64,000 nucleotides of DNA from Polyangiales bacterium (GTDB lineage: Bacteria; Myxococcota_A; Polyangia; Polyangiales; JADJQN01). Under the pieces are notes generated by a model. It searched no databases. It was not told the DNA's origin and was given only the letters and a program-made list of their open reading frames with translations. A program made the translations under genes and the position numbers. How positions within the stretch are numbered: position 1 is the first letter of the stretch; the number at the start of each line of letters is the position of its first letter. The stretch spans positions 320,001-384,000 of the forward strand of contig CAXNJO010000001.1 of NCBI GenBank assembly GCA_964202905.1. Reading direction: 5' to 3'. Positions 1-9,449 of the stretch are shown here, piece after piece.

Positions 1-38
1 GGCCCACTCTACACGGCCGCGCGCGGTATCTTCGCGCG

Positions 39-410
39 ATGAGCACGACCCCGCCGAAGAGCCCCTTCGCCGCCCTCGCCGCGCTGCGCGCGCAGCTCCC
101 GCCGGGGGAGGCGCCGCCGCCCGAGCCTGCCGCGGACGCGCGCGCGGAGACGCCGGGCACCGCGATCTTCGGCTCCAAGGTCGTGGTCTCGCGCAGCCGC
201 AAGGGACGCGGCGGACGCACCGTGACGGTCGTCTCCGGGCTGCGCGGGGACGCGGTCGCGCTCGACGAACTCTGCCGCGCGGTGAAGAAGGGACTCGGCT
301 GCGGTGCGAGCGTCGAGGGCGACACGATCGTCGTCGCCGGCGAGCCCGGCGAGCGGCTGCGCGCTCTGCTGCTCGAGGCGGGCGCACGCGCCGTGATCGT
401 CGGGAACTGA
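39..410 (+). CDS. yciH: SUI1/eIF1-family translation initiation factor (YciH-like)
   Basis: SUI1 signature 'VSRSRKGRGGRTVTVVSGL...LCRAVKKGLGCGASVEGDTIVVAG'. Confidence 0.85.
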   Translation: MSTTPPKSPFAALAALRAQLPPGEAPPPEPAADARAETPGTAIFGSKVVVSRSRKGRGGRTVTVVSGLRGDAVALDELCRAVKKGLGCGASVEGDTIVVAGEPGERLRALLLEAGARAVIVGN

Positions 411-508
411 GCGCGGGCCTCGGCGCGCCCGCTCGCGCGGGCATCCATCGCGTCGCGACGCTCCGCGCATCGCTCCGCGCAGCGCGTCACGGCCGACGAT
501 CCGCGCCC

Positions 509-2224
509 TCAGCGACGGCGGAAGAGCTGGATGATCGGCGCGAGGCGGAGGCGCTTGCCCTGCCCGATGAAGTGCCACCACCACGCGGTCGTCCACCCCG
601 TGACGGCGAGCGCGCCGAGCGCGAGCGCGAGCGCGAGCTTGGCCCACTCGAGCGGGCGCGTGAGCGCGTCGGGCAGCGCGAGCACCCCGGCGACGCTCAT
701 CGAGGCCGCGAAGATGGCGACCCCGAGCCTCGAGGCGCTCTGGTGCAGGCGGTCGGGCAGAGTGTCGAGCACCGGCATGAGCGGCCGCACCTGCACGTTG
801 CCCGTCTCGAGGTCGTGCAGGATCTGGTCGAGGTGCGTGGGCACCGTGCGCACGAGGGAGGCGATGCCCGTCGCGCCGCCGAGCGCCTGCTGCAACATCG
901 CCTGGGGCGCGTAGCGCTCCCCGAAGAGCTTCTCGGCCCAGGGCTTCACGATCGCGACGACGTCCACGTCCGGGTGCAGCCGCCGCACGAGCCCCTCGAC
1001 CGTGGCGATCGACTTCACGAGCACCGAATATTCCGTCGCGAGGCGCACGCGGTGCTTGTGCGCGGCGTTCGCGAACTCCTCGACGAAGCGCTGCGAGTCG
1101 AGGTCCGCGACGCGCTTGACCATCACGTATTGCGCGCGGACGCGCGTGATCTCGCCCTTCAGCTCCGCGATGTTCACGCGCTGCGTCGGCGTCCCCATCT
1201 TGAGCAGCACGCGCGCGACGGTCGCCGCGTCGTCGACGATCGTCGCGAGCACGAGCGTGACGATGTCGTCGCGCTGCTCGGTCGAGAGCGTGCCGACGAG
1301 CCCCAGATCGAGCAGGCAGATCGTGCCGTCCGGCCCGACGAGGATGTTCCCCGCGTGCGGGTCCCCGTGGAAGAAACCATCGACGAGGATGCCCTTCGCC
1401 ATCACGTCGAGGAGCCGCTCGATCACCGCGCGCGCGCGGTCGCTCCGCGGCGTCAGAGCGCGCACGGGCTCGCCCGCGAAGAACGCCATCACGAGCACCG
1501 TGCGGCACGAGAGGTCGGGGTACGGCGTGGGCACGACGACGCCCGGCGTCTCCGCGAGCAGCTGCTGCATGCGGACGAGGTTGGCGAGCTCGGCGGTGAA
1601 GTTGAGCTCGCGCAGGAGCGCCTTCTCGAACTCCGCGATGATCGCGGAGATCCCGAGCAATCGCAGGTCGTCGATGCCCGCCTCGAGGCCGCGCGCCGCG
1701 AGGTAGAGCAGGTCGAGGTCGCCGCGCATCGTCTCGCCGATGCCGGGGCGCTGCACCTTCACGACGACGCGGAGGCCTTCCTGCGTGGTCGCGCGGTGCG
1801 TCTGACCGATGGACGCGGTCGCGAGCGGCGTGTCGTCGAAGTCGGCGAAGACCTCGGCGATCGGGCGGCCGAGGCCCTCCTCGACCATGCGCCGCACGTC
1901 CGCGATCGCGATCGCGGGCGCACGGTCCTGCAAGGACGTGAGCGCCGTGACGTAGTCGCGCGGCAGGAGGTCCGACCGCATCGAGAGGACCTGCCCGAGC
2001 TTGATGAAGGTCGGGCCGAGCGCCCCGAGCAGCCGCGCGAAGCGCTCGGGCGCCGTGCCCTGCTCCTCGACGCGCGCGCGCGCTGCGCCGACGCCGAGCA
2101 CCTGCGCGGCGAAGGGCACGCGCATCAGCACCTCGCCGAAGCCGTGCTTGACGACGATGCCCGCGACGCGCTGCAGGCGCGCCACGTCGCGCGCGGCGAC
2201 GCCGAGGATGCCGGGTTCGCCCAT
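509..2224 (-). CDS. AarF/UbiB/ABC1 family atypical kinase with C-terminal TM helices
   Basis: 'LGPTFIKLGQVLSMRSDL', 'LATASIGQTH', 'VVVKVQRP', 'FFHGDPHAGN', 'LLDLG'. Confidence 0.92.
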   Translation of the reverse strand: MGEPGILGVAARDVARLQRVAGIVVKHGFGEVLMRVPFAAQVLGVGAARARVEEQGTAPERFARLLGALGPTFIKLGQVLSMRSDLLPRDYVTALTSLQDRAPAIAIADVRRMVEEGLGRPIAEVFADFDDTPLATASIGQTHRATTQEGLRVVVKVQRPGIGETMRGDLDLLYLAARGLEAGIDDLRLLGISAIIAEFEKALLRELNFTAELANLVRMQQLLAETPGVVVPTPYPDLSCRTVLVMAFFAGEPVRALTPRSDRARAVIERLLDVMAKGILVDGFFHGDPHAGNILVGPDGTICLLDLGLVGTLSTEQRDDIVTLVLATIVDDAATVARVLLKMGTPTQRVNIAELKGEITRVRAQYVMVKRVADLDSQRFVEEFANAAHKHRVRLATEYSVLVKSIATVEGLVRRLHPDVDVVAIVKPWAEKLFGERYAPQAMLQQALGGATGIASLVRTVPTHLDQILHDLETGNVQVRPLMPVLDTLPDRLHQSASRLGVAIFAASMSVAGVLALPDALTRPLEWAKLALALALGALAVTGWTTAWWWHFIGQGKRLRLAPIIQLFRRR

Positions 2225-2233
2225 GCGCGCCGC

Positions 2234-2674
2234 TCAGCCCGCGAACTTCTCGATCATCTTGCCGAGGCGCGGCATCGCGGCCTCGACGTTCTTCTTCGCG
2301 GTGCCGCGGAGGCGCTCGTACGTGCCCTTCACGAGCGCGTGCTTCGAGCGCTGCGCCTTGCCGTCCGTGATCGCGAGGAGCGCGTCGGCCGCGGAGCCGG
2401 CGTGCTTCATGAAGTACGCGCCGAGGGGCTCGCCCTTGCTGCGGGCGTCGGCGAAGAGCGGATCGAGCGCCTTCGCGAACTCGGGCACGAGATCGGTCAC
2501 CGCCTGCTTGATGAAGCCGGGCTTGATGCCCTTCACGGCCGCGTAGCCAGCCTTGATCGCGACGCCCGAGAGCCCGCCCTTGTCGGCGACCTCGAGGTCG
2601 ATGAGGCCGCAGCAGTCGTCGACGACGGCCGCCTTCTTCTCCGGGCTCGTGAGCACTTCGACGAGTGTGGTCAT
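2234..2674 (-). CDS. Conserved hypothetical protein (DUF6918-like)
   Basis: Natural Lys-rich composition, 'LIDLEVADKGGLSGVAIKAGYAAVKGIKPGFI'; ends 9 nt before the UbiB kinase start; family name from recollection only. Confidence 0.7.
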   Translation of the reverse strand: MTTLVEVLTSPEKKAAVVDDCCGLIDLEVADKGGLSGVAIKAGYAAVKGIKPGFIKQAVTDLVPEFAKALDPLFADARSKGEPLGAYFMKHAGSAADALLAITDGKAQRSKHALVKGTYERLRGTAKKNVEAAMPRLGKMIEKFAG

Positions 2675-2733
2675 GCGCGGCTACGTAACGCCGAACCCGC
2701 GAGGCGTCGAGAAAGCCGGTCGATCGCGCGCGG

Positions 2734-3732
2734 TCAGGGCTGACCGGGCCGGTACCAGTCGAAGTCGTTCGGCCGCACGAAGCCGTTGAGCGCGACGCTC
2801 ACGCTGACGTCGAGCGCGCGGACGTGGTGCCACCAGCCGACGGGGATGAACAACATCTCGCCGGGCTCGAGGTCGACGCGCAGGAAGCGCACGTCCGCAC
2901 GCGACGCGGCGGGCTTCTCGGGGTCGAGGCCCGCATACACGCCTACGGCGCCCTCGAGCAGCGCCGTCTCGGTGGGCGCCGCGAGAAAGAAGCGTTTGCG
3001 CCCGTGGAGCTGCGCGAAGAGGATGTTCGAGGTGTCGTGGTGCAGCGGCGTCACCGTGCCCGCGGGGCCGAGCCACAAGGCCGCGCAACCCTTGCTGCGG
3101 CGCGCGTCGAGGATGCCCTCGGGCAGCGCGAGGTCGGCCCAGAGCGGCTGCAGCGCGTCGCGGTCGAGGTTGCGGTTCTGCGCGACCGCATAGAAATCGT
3201 TCGTCTCGCCGGCCGCGAGGAGGCGGTCGACGTAGTCGCGCATCGTCACCGTGCGCGTGTGCGCGGGGGTGTGGCGGTCGTAGTCGGGGTCGGCGTCTCG
3301 ACCGTCGACGATGTCGATCGGCACGTCGCCGTACTGATCGCGGAAGAACGTCGGCGTCCAGCGGCCGAACGCGGGCCAGCGGCGCACGGGCTCGGTGAGC
3401 ACCACGGGGACGCCGCCCGCGACGTAGCGCGCGTAGAACGTGTCGGCACCGACGTCGCCGCGCCGCTCGATCGCAGGGGGGCCCTCCGCCTCCATCGCGC
3501 GACGCAGACGCACGATCATCGCGAGCCGACGCGCCTCGCGCGCGAGGGGCACCGCGCCCGCGAACACGGGCGATTGCGCGACCGCGTCGATCCCGCGGGC
3601 CGCGAGCGCGGCAGGGACACCGGCCTCGACGAGCGTCGCGGCGAGCCGCTCGGGCACGACCCCGCGCAGCAGGTTCTCTGCGACCCACGCCGTGTGCGCG
3701 GGCGAGAGGGCGAGCGGTTCGGACTCCGTCAC
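2734..3732 (-). CDS. JmjC/cupin-like (Cupin_8) Fe(II)/2-oxoglutarate-dependent hydroxylase
   Basis: 'LWLGPAGTVTPLHHDTSNILFAQLHGRKRF' (HxD) and 'LEPGEMLFIPVGWWHHVRAL' (distal His); GTG start at 3732 overlaps the upstream TGA (GTGA). Confidence 0.9.
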   Translation of the reverse strand: MTESEPLALSPAHTAWVAENLLRGVVPERLAATLVEAGVPAALAARGIDAVAQSPVFAGAVPLAREARRLAMIVRLRRAMEAEGPPAIERRGDVGADTFYARYVAGGVPVVLTEPVRRWPAFGRWTPTFFRDQYGDVPIDIVDGRDADPDYDRHTPAHTRTVTMRDYVDRLLAAGETNDFYAVAQNRNLDRDALQPLWADLALPEGILDARRSKGCAALWLGPAGTVTPLHHDTSNILFAQLHGRKRFFLAAPTETALLEGAVGVYAGLDPEKPAASRADVRFLRVDLEPGEMLFIPVGWWHHVRALDVSVSVALNGFVRPNDFDWYRPGQP

Positions 3733-4187
3733 TCGGCCGCAGGCGCGGGCATCGGCGGCGGCATCGGAGGCGGCATCGGAGGCGGCATCGGCGGCGGCAT
3801 CGGAGGCGGCGGCGGCATCGGAGGCACCGGCGGGCCGAGGTCGTCGGCGCCGAGATCCTCGACCCCGAGGTCGCCCGTGCCGAGATCGAGCGGCGGCGGC
3901 ATCGGCGGGATCACGCCGAGGTCCTCGCCGGATGGGCCGAGGTCGCCAGCGCCGAGGTCGCCCGTGCCGAGATCGAGCGGCGGCGGCATCGGCGCGGGCA
4001 TGTCCGGCGCGCCGAGGTCGGGGGGGGTCATGGGCACCGCGTCGTCGTCGTCCCCACACCCGGCGAGGCCGATCGCGAGCGCGAGCGCGGCTCCGCGGAC
4101 GAGCGCCGGGCCCCGCGGCAGCGGCGTGGGCGCGAGCGTGGGGTCGGGGCGCAGCGCGGGATCGGCCGGGGAACGCGGAGGCGACAT
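3729..4187 (-). CDS. Small lipoprotein made of DLG and PPMPPP repeats
   Basis: Hydrophobic stretch and lipobox 'ALALAIGLAG-C', then 'DLGTGDLGAGDLG' and 'PPMPPP' repeats; stop overlaps the JmjC start; exact start codon uncertain. Confidence 0.75.
   Translation of the reverse strand: MSPPRSPADPALRPDPTLAPTPLPRGPALVRGAALALAIGLAGCGDDDDAVPMTPPDLGAPDMPAPMPPPLDLGTGDLGAGDLGPSGEDLGVIPPMPPPLDLGTGDLGVEDLGADDLGPPVPPMPPPPPMPPPMPPPMPPPMPPPMPAPAAE
3748..3825. repeat. 12-bp tandem repeat GGCATCGG(A/C)GGC, six copies, encoding (P)PMP units
   Basis: Read directly: copies start at 3748, 3760, 3772, 3784, 3796 and 3814. Confidence 0.9.
3865..3994. repeat. 43-bp exact direct repeat (3865-3907 and 3952-3994) encoding PMPPPLDLGTGDLG
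   Basis: ccgaggtcgcccgtgccgagatcgagcggcggcggcatcggcg occurs twice, 87 bp apart. Confidence 0.9.
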
Positions 4188-4323
4188 CGCGGCAGGGTGC
4201 CACGAGCGCCGCGGTCCCGACATCCCGAATCGCCGATGCCCCGGCGACGAGGAGACGTCCACGGGCCGTGCCACGCGACTGCGTGACGCGCGCGACGACC
4301 GCCTCGCGCAGCCTGCACGCGGC

Positions 4324-4602
4324 TCAGGCGACGCGACGCACGCCCTGCGCCGCCGTCTGTGCGGCGAGCGCGGCGGCGACCGCGAGGCCGCGCAGCGTGA
4401 GGCGCGCGCGGCCGGCATCGGCGAGCCCGCGCTGCTCGAGGTGCACGAGCGCGCAGGCGGCCTCGTGGGGCGCGACGCCGAGGCGACGGGCGAGCGTCCC
4501 GGCGTTGAGGCGCGCCTGCGTCGGCGAGAGCGTGTAGAGCACGTCGAGCACGGCGAAGAGGAGCTCGGCGGAGGGGGCGGCGTGGAGCGGGTGGGTCGTC
4601 AT
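4324..4602 (-). CDS. Small hypothetical protein, winged-helix-like
   Basis: 'LNAGTLARRLGVAPHEAACALVHLEQRGLAD...RLTLRG' resembles a wHTH (LAxxLGV...L..L...GL). Confidence 0.6.
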   Translation of the reverse strand: MTTHPLHAAPSAELLFAVLDVLYTLSPTQARLNAGTLARRLGVAPHEAACALVHLEQRGLADAGRARLTLRGLAVAAALAAQTAAQGVRRVA

Positions 4603-4624
4603 GGGGGGCACTGTGCACCCGACA

Positions 4625-4641
4625 CTGAAAACACGTCCAGT
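4625..4641. promoter_or_regulatory. Candidate LexA/SOS-like operator CTGAAAACACGTCCAG(T)
   Basis: CTG-N10-CAG in an AT-rich divergent intergenic region, just upstream of the wHTH gene; 14/17 match by eye to the M. xanthus LexA consensus as I recall it (CTRHAMRYBYGTTCAGS). Confidence 0.4.
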
Positions 4642-4691
4642 TTCGTGCATTCAGTTTTTCGCGGTGGGCCCGACGATTAGGCTCGCGCCCC

Positions 4692-5162
4692 ATGAGCGAC
4701 ACGCCCCTCCCGCCCTGCGGCCTCTACCGGACGCGCGCGCCGATCGCGTCCATCCCCGCGGGAAGGCTCGTGTATTTCCACAACCACGGGAACCCGGGGC
4801 CCGGCCTCTACCTGCCCGAGACCTGGCGTGGCAACCGGGCGCGCTTCGCCCCGACGGGCACCACGCTCCCGGACGCCGACGCCGCGCGCCTGCTCGCGCC
4901 GCTCCCCGCCGAGGGCTTCTACCGCGTCGCCGCGCCCTTCCACTGCTGCGCGAAGCTGTGCCGTCTTTTCGAGATCGATCTGCTGGTGCAACTCGGTTAC
5001 GACGGCGCGGGCCAGGCGCTGCTCTTCCTGCCCGAGCTCGTCGACGGCCAGCTCGGCGTGCCGGACCGCGGCACGCGCGTCGACGAGGACGTGCTCGCGC
5101 GCCTGCGCCCGCTGAAGGTCGGCGTCGCGCGGGACGCGAACCCCGACGGCGTCGTGCACTGA
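4692..5162 (+). CDS. Conserved hypothetical protein
   Basis: Natural composition, 'LVYFHNHGNPGPGLYLP', 'FHCCAKLC', 'VQLGYDGAG'. Confidence 0.7.
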   Translation: MSDTPLPPCGLYRTRAPIASIPAGRLVYFHNHGNPGPGLYLPETWRGNRARFAPTGTTLPDADAARLLAPLPAEGFYRVAAPFHCCAKLCRLFEIDLLVQLGYDGAGQALLFLPELVDGQLGVPDRGTRVDEDVLARLRPLKVGVARDANPDGVVH

Positions 5163-5258
5163 GCCCCGCGGCCGTCGCGCGCGCGCACCTCAGGGAGCGC
5201 CCGCGGCCGCGCGCACCCCGTCGTCGCCGCGCGGGCTGCGACCGCACGGGGCCCGCCG

Positions 5259-8150
5259 TCAGAGATCGAGCTCGACCATCAGGAACTTGTTGTTGTCCTT
5301 CGGGCCGGTCACTTCGGTGACGACGCGCGGCGCGACGAGCGAGCGGAAGCCCGGAAGCCGGCTGTGCTCGAGCATGACGAACGCGTGCTTGCCGTCGTTC
5401 GCGGTGATCCACTCGCGCAGCTTCGTGTTGTCGAGGTCGACGAACACCGCGACGTGGTTGCCCGTGTAGAAGTTCTCGCCCTTCCAGTTCATCTGCCAGG
5501 CGACGAGCGGGTCGGCAGCGGACGTGCGGCGCGCGTAGTACTGCGCGATGACGTGGTTCTGCGCCCAGTGCGGCGAGAGGTCGACGAGGTAGACGTCGAG
5601 CGCCCACACCGCGAAGAACACGGCGAGTCCGAGCACCGCGCGCGACGCGATCGGGCGCAGCGCGGCGATCGCGGAGGCCGCGAAGAGCGCCGTGGCGACG
5701 ACCCCGAAGCCGATGAGGATCGGGCGGTAATCGAAGACGTCCGGCCACTCGCGCGTGTAGTTGTAGACGAAGAGATCGATGAGCCGCTCGAAGCCCGCCG
5801 GGCGCGCCGCGGTGACCCAGCCGAGGTCGCGCGCGACGAACGCGCAGAGCAGCGGCGCCGACGCGAGCGCGACGCCGAGCCCCTGGAAACGCCAGCCGCC
5901 CTCGCCCTCGCCGGGCGCCCCCGCGACCCGCGCGGCGCGGCGCACGAGCAGCCACCACGCGGCGACGAGCAGGCCGAGACCGAGCCCGATCAGCGGCGCG
6001 CACACGGCGAGCGGCCACGGGTGCTCGACCACCCAGCGCTGCCGCGCCATCGCGGGCACCGCGTCGAAGTCGATCGCGCCGCGCACGTCGCCGAAGAGCC
6101 CCGCCGTGCCGAGCACCAGCGCCACGGGCCCGAGCGCGGCCGCGAGCGTGCCGAGCACGCGCTCGCGCAGCGGCAGGCGATCCGCGGCGCTGCCGAGCAT
6201 CCGGTCGACCACGAGGCCGACGAGGATCGCGGCCGGCGGGATCACCGGGAAGATGTAGTGGTGGAACTTCGTGACCATCGCGCTGAAGAGCACGAAGCCG
6301 GCGACGAACCACAGCGCGACGAGGGTCGTGATCTCTTCACGGAGCGCACGCGTCGCCTCGACCGCGTCGGCCGCCTCCGGCGCCGCGGCGTCCGCTCCGG
6401 GCGCGAGCTCGGCCCCCTCGGACGCAAGCGTGAGCACAGCGTCACCCGGCACCGCGGCCGCCGGCTGCGCCTGCTCGGCCGCGTCACCGACCGCCTCCGA
6501 GACGCGACGCGCGACGCGCGCGCCCATGTGCAGGAAGGCCGTGAGCGCCGCTGGCGCGAGCGCGACCCACGGGAACATGGCGACGCCGAGCTGCTCGATG
6601 AAGTACGCGATCGTGCCGTTGTCGCCGTGCACGCCCGCCGCGAGGCGGTTGAGGTGGTCGTGCACGAGCAGCCGGTCGGTGAAGGCCGGCCCGTGTCGCA
6701 GGTACATCGAGACGAACCAGGGCAGCCCGATGACCGCGACCGTGAGCACACCGGCCGCGACCTTCAGCTGCCCGTCGAGCAGGAGCGACCAGCGGCGCGA
6801 CGCGACGAGCCAGAACAGCGCGACGAGCCCCGGCAGCGCGAAGCCCGGGATGCCCTTCGCCATGAACGCGAGGGCGCAGAACACGTAGAACGCGAGCATC
6901 GCGAGCCCACGCGCCGTCTTCTCACGGCGGATGACCCACAGCAGCGCGGCGAGGCCGAGCCCCCAGTAGAGCGCCTGCGCGAAAGGCTGCGCGAGCACGT
7001 GATCGGCGAACGGCAGCTCGTCGCGGAGCGGCTTGTTGCCGGGCACGCCGCCGTTGCCCGCGGAGCCGAACACGAAGCGGTCGACGTGCCACGCGAACTG
7101 GAGCGGGCCGACCATCGTGACGTTGCGCGACGCGAGGTAGAGCGCCTGCGGCAGGCCGAGCAGCGTGACGAGGGCGACGAGCAGCCCCTGCACCGAAAGC
7201 GTCACGGGCCCGAGGCGCCACGCGCGCACCGGACGGCCGGGCTCCTCGGCGATCGCGAGGATGAGGAAGGACATCGCCGTCGCCATCATCCCGACGAAGT
7301 ACGGGTCGGTGATGGCCTGGTGCGAGAGCAGGAAGAAGTGCGGCATCGTCGCGAGCACGAGCGCCGAGACGAGGCCGGTGCGCTTCCCGTAGACCCGCGC
7401 GACGGCGGCGTACACCGCGAGCAGGGCGACCATGCACACGAGGTAGACCGGCAGACGGAGCGCCCACTCGGGGTGCGGGTTGAACGCGTCGGGCCGGAAG
7501 TCGTGGCCGAAGATGCCCATGCTGAGCGCGTTGGCCCAGAAGATCAGGATCGGCTTCGACCAGAACCAGTCCTCCTGCGCCCACCAGAGGCTGATCCAAT
7601 CGTCGCGCGAGAGGATCTCGCGGCCGACCTCGCCGTAGTGCGTCTCCCACGGATCCCAGAGCCCGTAGACGCCGAGCGCGGGCAGCATGATCCCCGAGCC
7701 GACGACGAAGACGAGCCACGACGGACGGCGCAGCGCCGAGAGCGCGAGCACGAGCAGCGCCGCGACGATCACGAAGGGCAGCCGCGCCCAGCCGAGCGAC
7801 GGACCGAGCCCGAAGACGAGCGCGAGCGCGACCGGCAGCGTCACGCGCGGGGCCATCCACGCGGGCTCACCCTCCACGCGGCCGAGCGCCGTCCCGGCGA
7901 CGGGCACGGGCTCGCCCTCCACCGATCCGGGCGCGAGCAGACCGAGCAGGTCGAGCAGGCCGCCGACGGCGACGAGCAGCGCGAGCAGGCCCCAGAGCGG
8001 GCCACGCGGGAGCTGCCCCTCGTTCGCCATCATCACGAAGGTGGCGAGGGTGCCCGCGCCGAAGAGCGCGCCGCCGCGGAGTCGCCGGGCACGCACGCTG
8101 CGGTCGCTGGCGGGCTTCTTCTGGGCTCGTGATTCGTTCGACTCGGCCAT
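5259..8150 (-). CDS. ArnT/PMT-like GT-C integral membrane glycosyltransferase
   Basis: 'LWDPWETHYGEVGREIL', 'FWSKPILIFW', 'EWALRLP', 'QAITDP', 'AFMAKG', 'TKFHHYIFP'; many TM segments. Confidence 0.88.
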   Translation of the reverse strand: MAESNESRAQKKPASDRSVRARRLRGGALFGAGTLATFVMMANEGQLPRGPLWGLLALLVAVGGLLDLLGLLAPGSVEGEPVPVAGTALGRVEGEPAWMAPRVTLPVALALVFGLGPSLGWARLPFVIVAALLVLALSALRRPSWLVFVVGSGIMLPALGVYGLWDPWETHYGEVGREILSRDDWISLWWAQEDWFWSKPILIFWANALSMGIFGHDFRPDAFNPHPEWALRLPVYLVCMVALLAVYAAVARVYGKRTGLVSALVLATMPHFFLLSHQAITDPYFVGMMATAMSFLILAIAEEPGRPVRAWRLGPVTLSVQGLLVALVTLLGLPQALYLASRNVTMVGPLQFAWHVDRFVFGSAGNGGVPGNKPLRDELPFADHVLAQPFAQALYWGLGLAALLWVIRREKTARGLAMLAFYVFCALAFMAKGIPGFALPGLVALFWLVASRRWSLLLDGQLKVAAGVLTVAVIGLPWFVSMYLRHGPAFTDRLLVHDHLNRLAAGVHGDNGTIAYFIEQLGVAMFPWVALAPAALTAFLHMGARVARRVSEAVGDAAEQAQPAAAVPGDAVLTLASEGAELAPGADAAAPEAADAVEATRALREEITTLVALWFVAGFVLFSAMVTKFHHYIFPVIPPAAILVGLVVDRMLGSAADRLPLRERVLGTLAAALGPVALVLGTAGLFGDVRGAIDFDAVPAMARQRWVVEHPWPLAVCAPLIGLGLGLLVAAWWLLVRRAARVAGAPGEGEGGWRFQGLGVALASAPLLCAFVARDLGWVTAARPAGFERLIDLFVYNYTREWPDVFDYRPILIGFGVVATALFAASAIAALRPIASRAVLGLAVFFAVWALDVYLVDLSPHWAQNHVIAQYYARRTSAADPLVAWQMNWKGENFYTGNHVAVFVDLDNTKLREWITANDGKHAFVMLEHSRLPGFRSLVAPRVVTEVTGPKDNNKFLMVELDL

Positions 8151-8369
8151 GCTCGCGGCGCTCCCGGGGAGGTCGGAAAAAAATGCGACGCGCACTCTAC
8201 TTCGCCCCCCGCGGGAGGGCGAGGACGCGCCAGGGCGCGGCGCGCGCGACGACAACCGTTTGAGATCAAAGCAATTTCCGGAGAGGCATTGATCGCCCTG
8301 CGAATTTCCTGCTAGTCAGGACCGGTGCGCGTGCCTGTCGGAGGCCGCGGCGAAGTGAAGGAGAGCCCG

Positions 8370-9380
8370 ATGAAGTACCCCCTCCCCCCATGCGATCGCG
8401 CGCCGCGCACCGCCCCACCCCACGCCGTCTTGCACCGCACCGGCCGCGCGCGCGCCGCGGCGTGCGCGCTCGCCGTCGTCGCCGCGCTCGGCGGCCTCTC
8501 CGTCGCCGCGTCCGCGCACGCCGACGCGCCGCCACACCACCGCGACCGCGGCGCCGCAACCGCAACCACACGCGCCACGCACGGCGCGAATCCCGACAGC
8601 GCGCGTCACGGCAGCGCGCCCGTCGCGATGGCGATGGCCGCCGCGGCGACGTCGAATGTCGCGCGCCCCGCGGCCCCTGCGGGCACGCCGGTCCCGCTCG
8701 TGCTGCGCCGCGCGCACGGCGGAGAGCGCTTCACCCTCACGCCGGCGACCGCGTCGGGCGGCTTCGACGCCGCGGATCTCGAGACGGCGCGGCGCGCGTT
8801 CGCGTGGCGCGAGGACGCGTTCCACAGCGAGCACCCGGTCTCGACGCGGCTCCTCGACCTCGTCTACCGCACGATGCGCCACTTCGACGCCGTCGAGGTC
8901 GAGCTCCTGAGCGGCTTCCGCGACGGGCGCGCGACGAGCCGCCACTCGCACGGCCGCGCGATCGACTTCATCGTGCCGGGCGTGACGCAGGCGGCGCTCG
9001 CCGAACACCTGCGCACCCTCGGCTTCGTCGGCGTCGGCGTCTACCCGCGGACGGGCTTCGTGCACCTCGACGTGCGAAGCGAGAGCTACTTCTGGGTCGA
9101 CTACGCGCGCTCGGGGCGACGCGGCCGCGTCCGCCCGATCCTCGGCAACCTCGCCGCCCGCGCCGACGTCGACGCGCGCGCCCGCGGCGAGTCGCCAGAC
9201 GCCACGGTGCTCGCCGCCGAGCGGGACGAGAAGGAGGCCTTCGCGAGCGGCGACCCTGCGGCGCGGCTCGGGCGCACGCGCGCGGCCCGCGTGATCGCGC
9301 GGCGGCAGCGGCTCATCGCCGAGCGGCAGCGCCTGCGGCGGCGCGCGCTCCGCGCGGCACGGGACGCCAACGACGGCTGA
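8370..9380 (+). CDS. YcbK/DUF882 (peptidase M15) family protein
   Basis: 'LLSGFR...SRHSHGRAIDF...GVGVYPRTGFVHLDVR'; AAGGAG RBS before the ATG. Confidence 0.85.
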   Translation: MKYPLPPCDRAPRTAPPHAVLHRTGRARAAACALAVVAALGGLSVAASAHADAPPHHRDRGAATATTRATHGANPDSARHGSAPVAMAMAAAATSNVARPAAPAGTPVPLVLRRAHGGERFTLTPATASGGFDAADLETARRAFAWREDAFHSEHPVSTRLLDLVYRTMRHFDAVEVELLSGFRDGRATSRHSHGRAIDFIVPGVTQAALAEHLRTLGFVGVGVYPRTGFVHLDVRSESYFWVDYARSGRRGRVRPILGNLAARADVDARARGESPDATVLAAERDEKEAFASGDPAARLGRTRAARVIARRQRLIAERQRLRRRALRAARDANDG

Positions 9381-9449
9381 GCCGAGGCCCGCCGGGGGCG
9401 CATGCCGGGCGCGACCGGGCGTGCCGGAACCTGCTAGAAAGGCGCCCTC

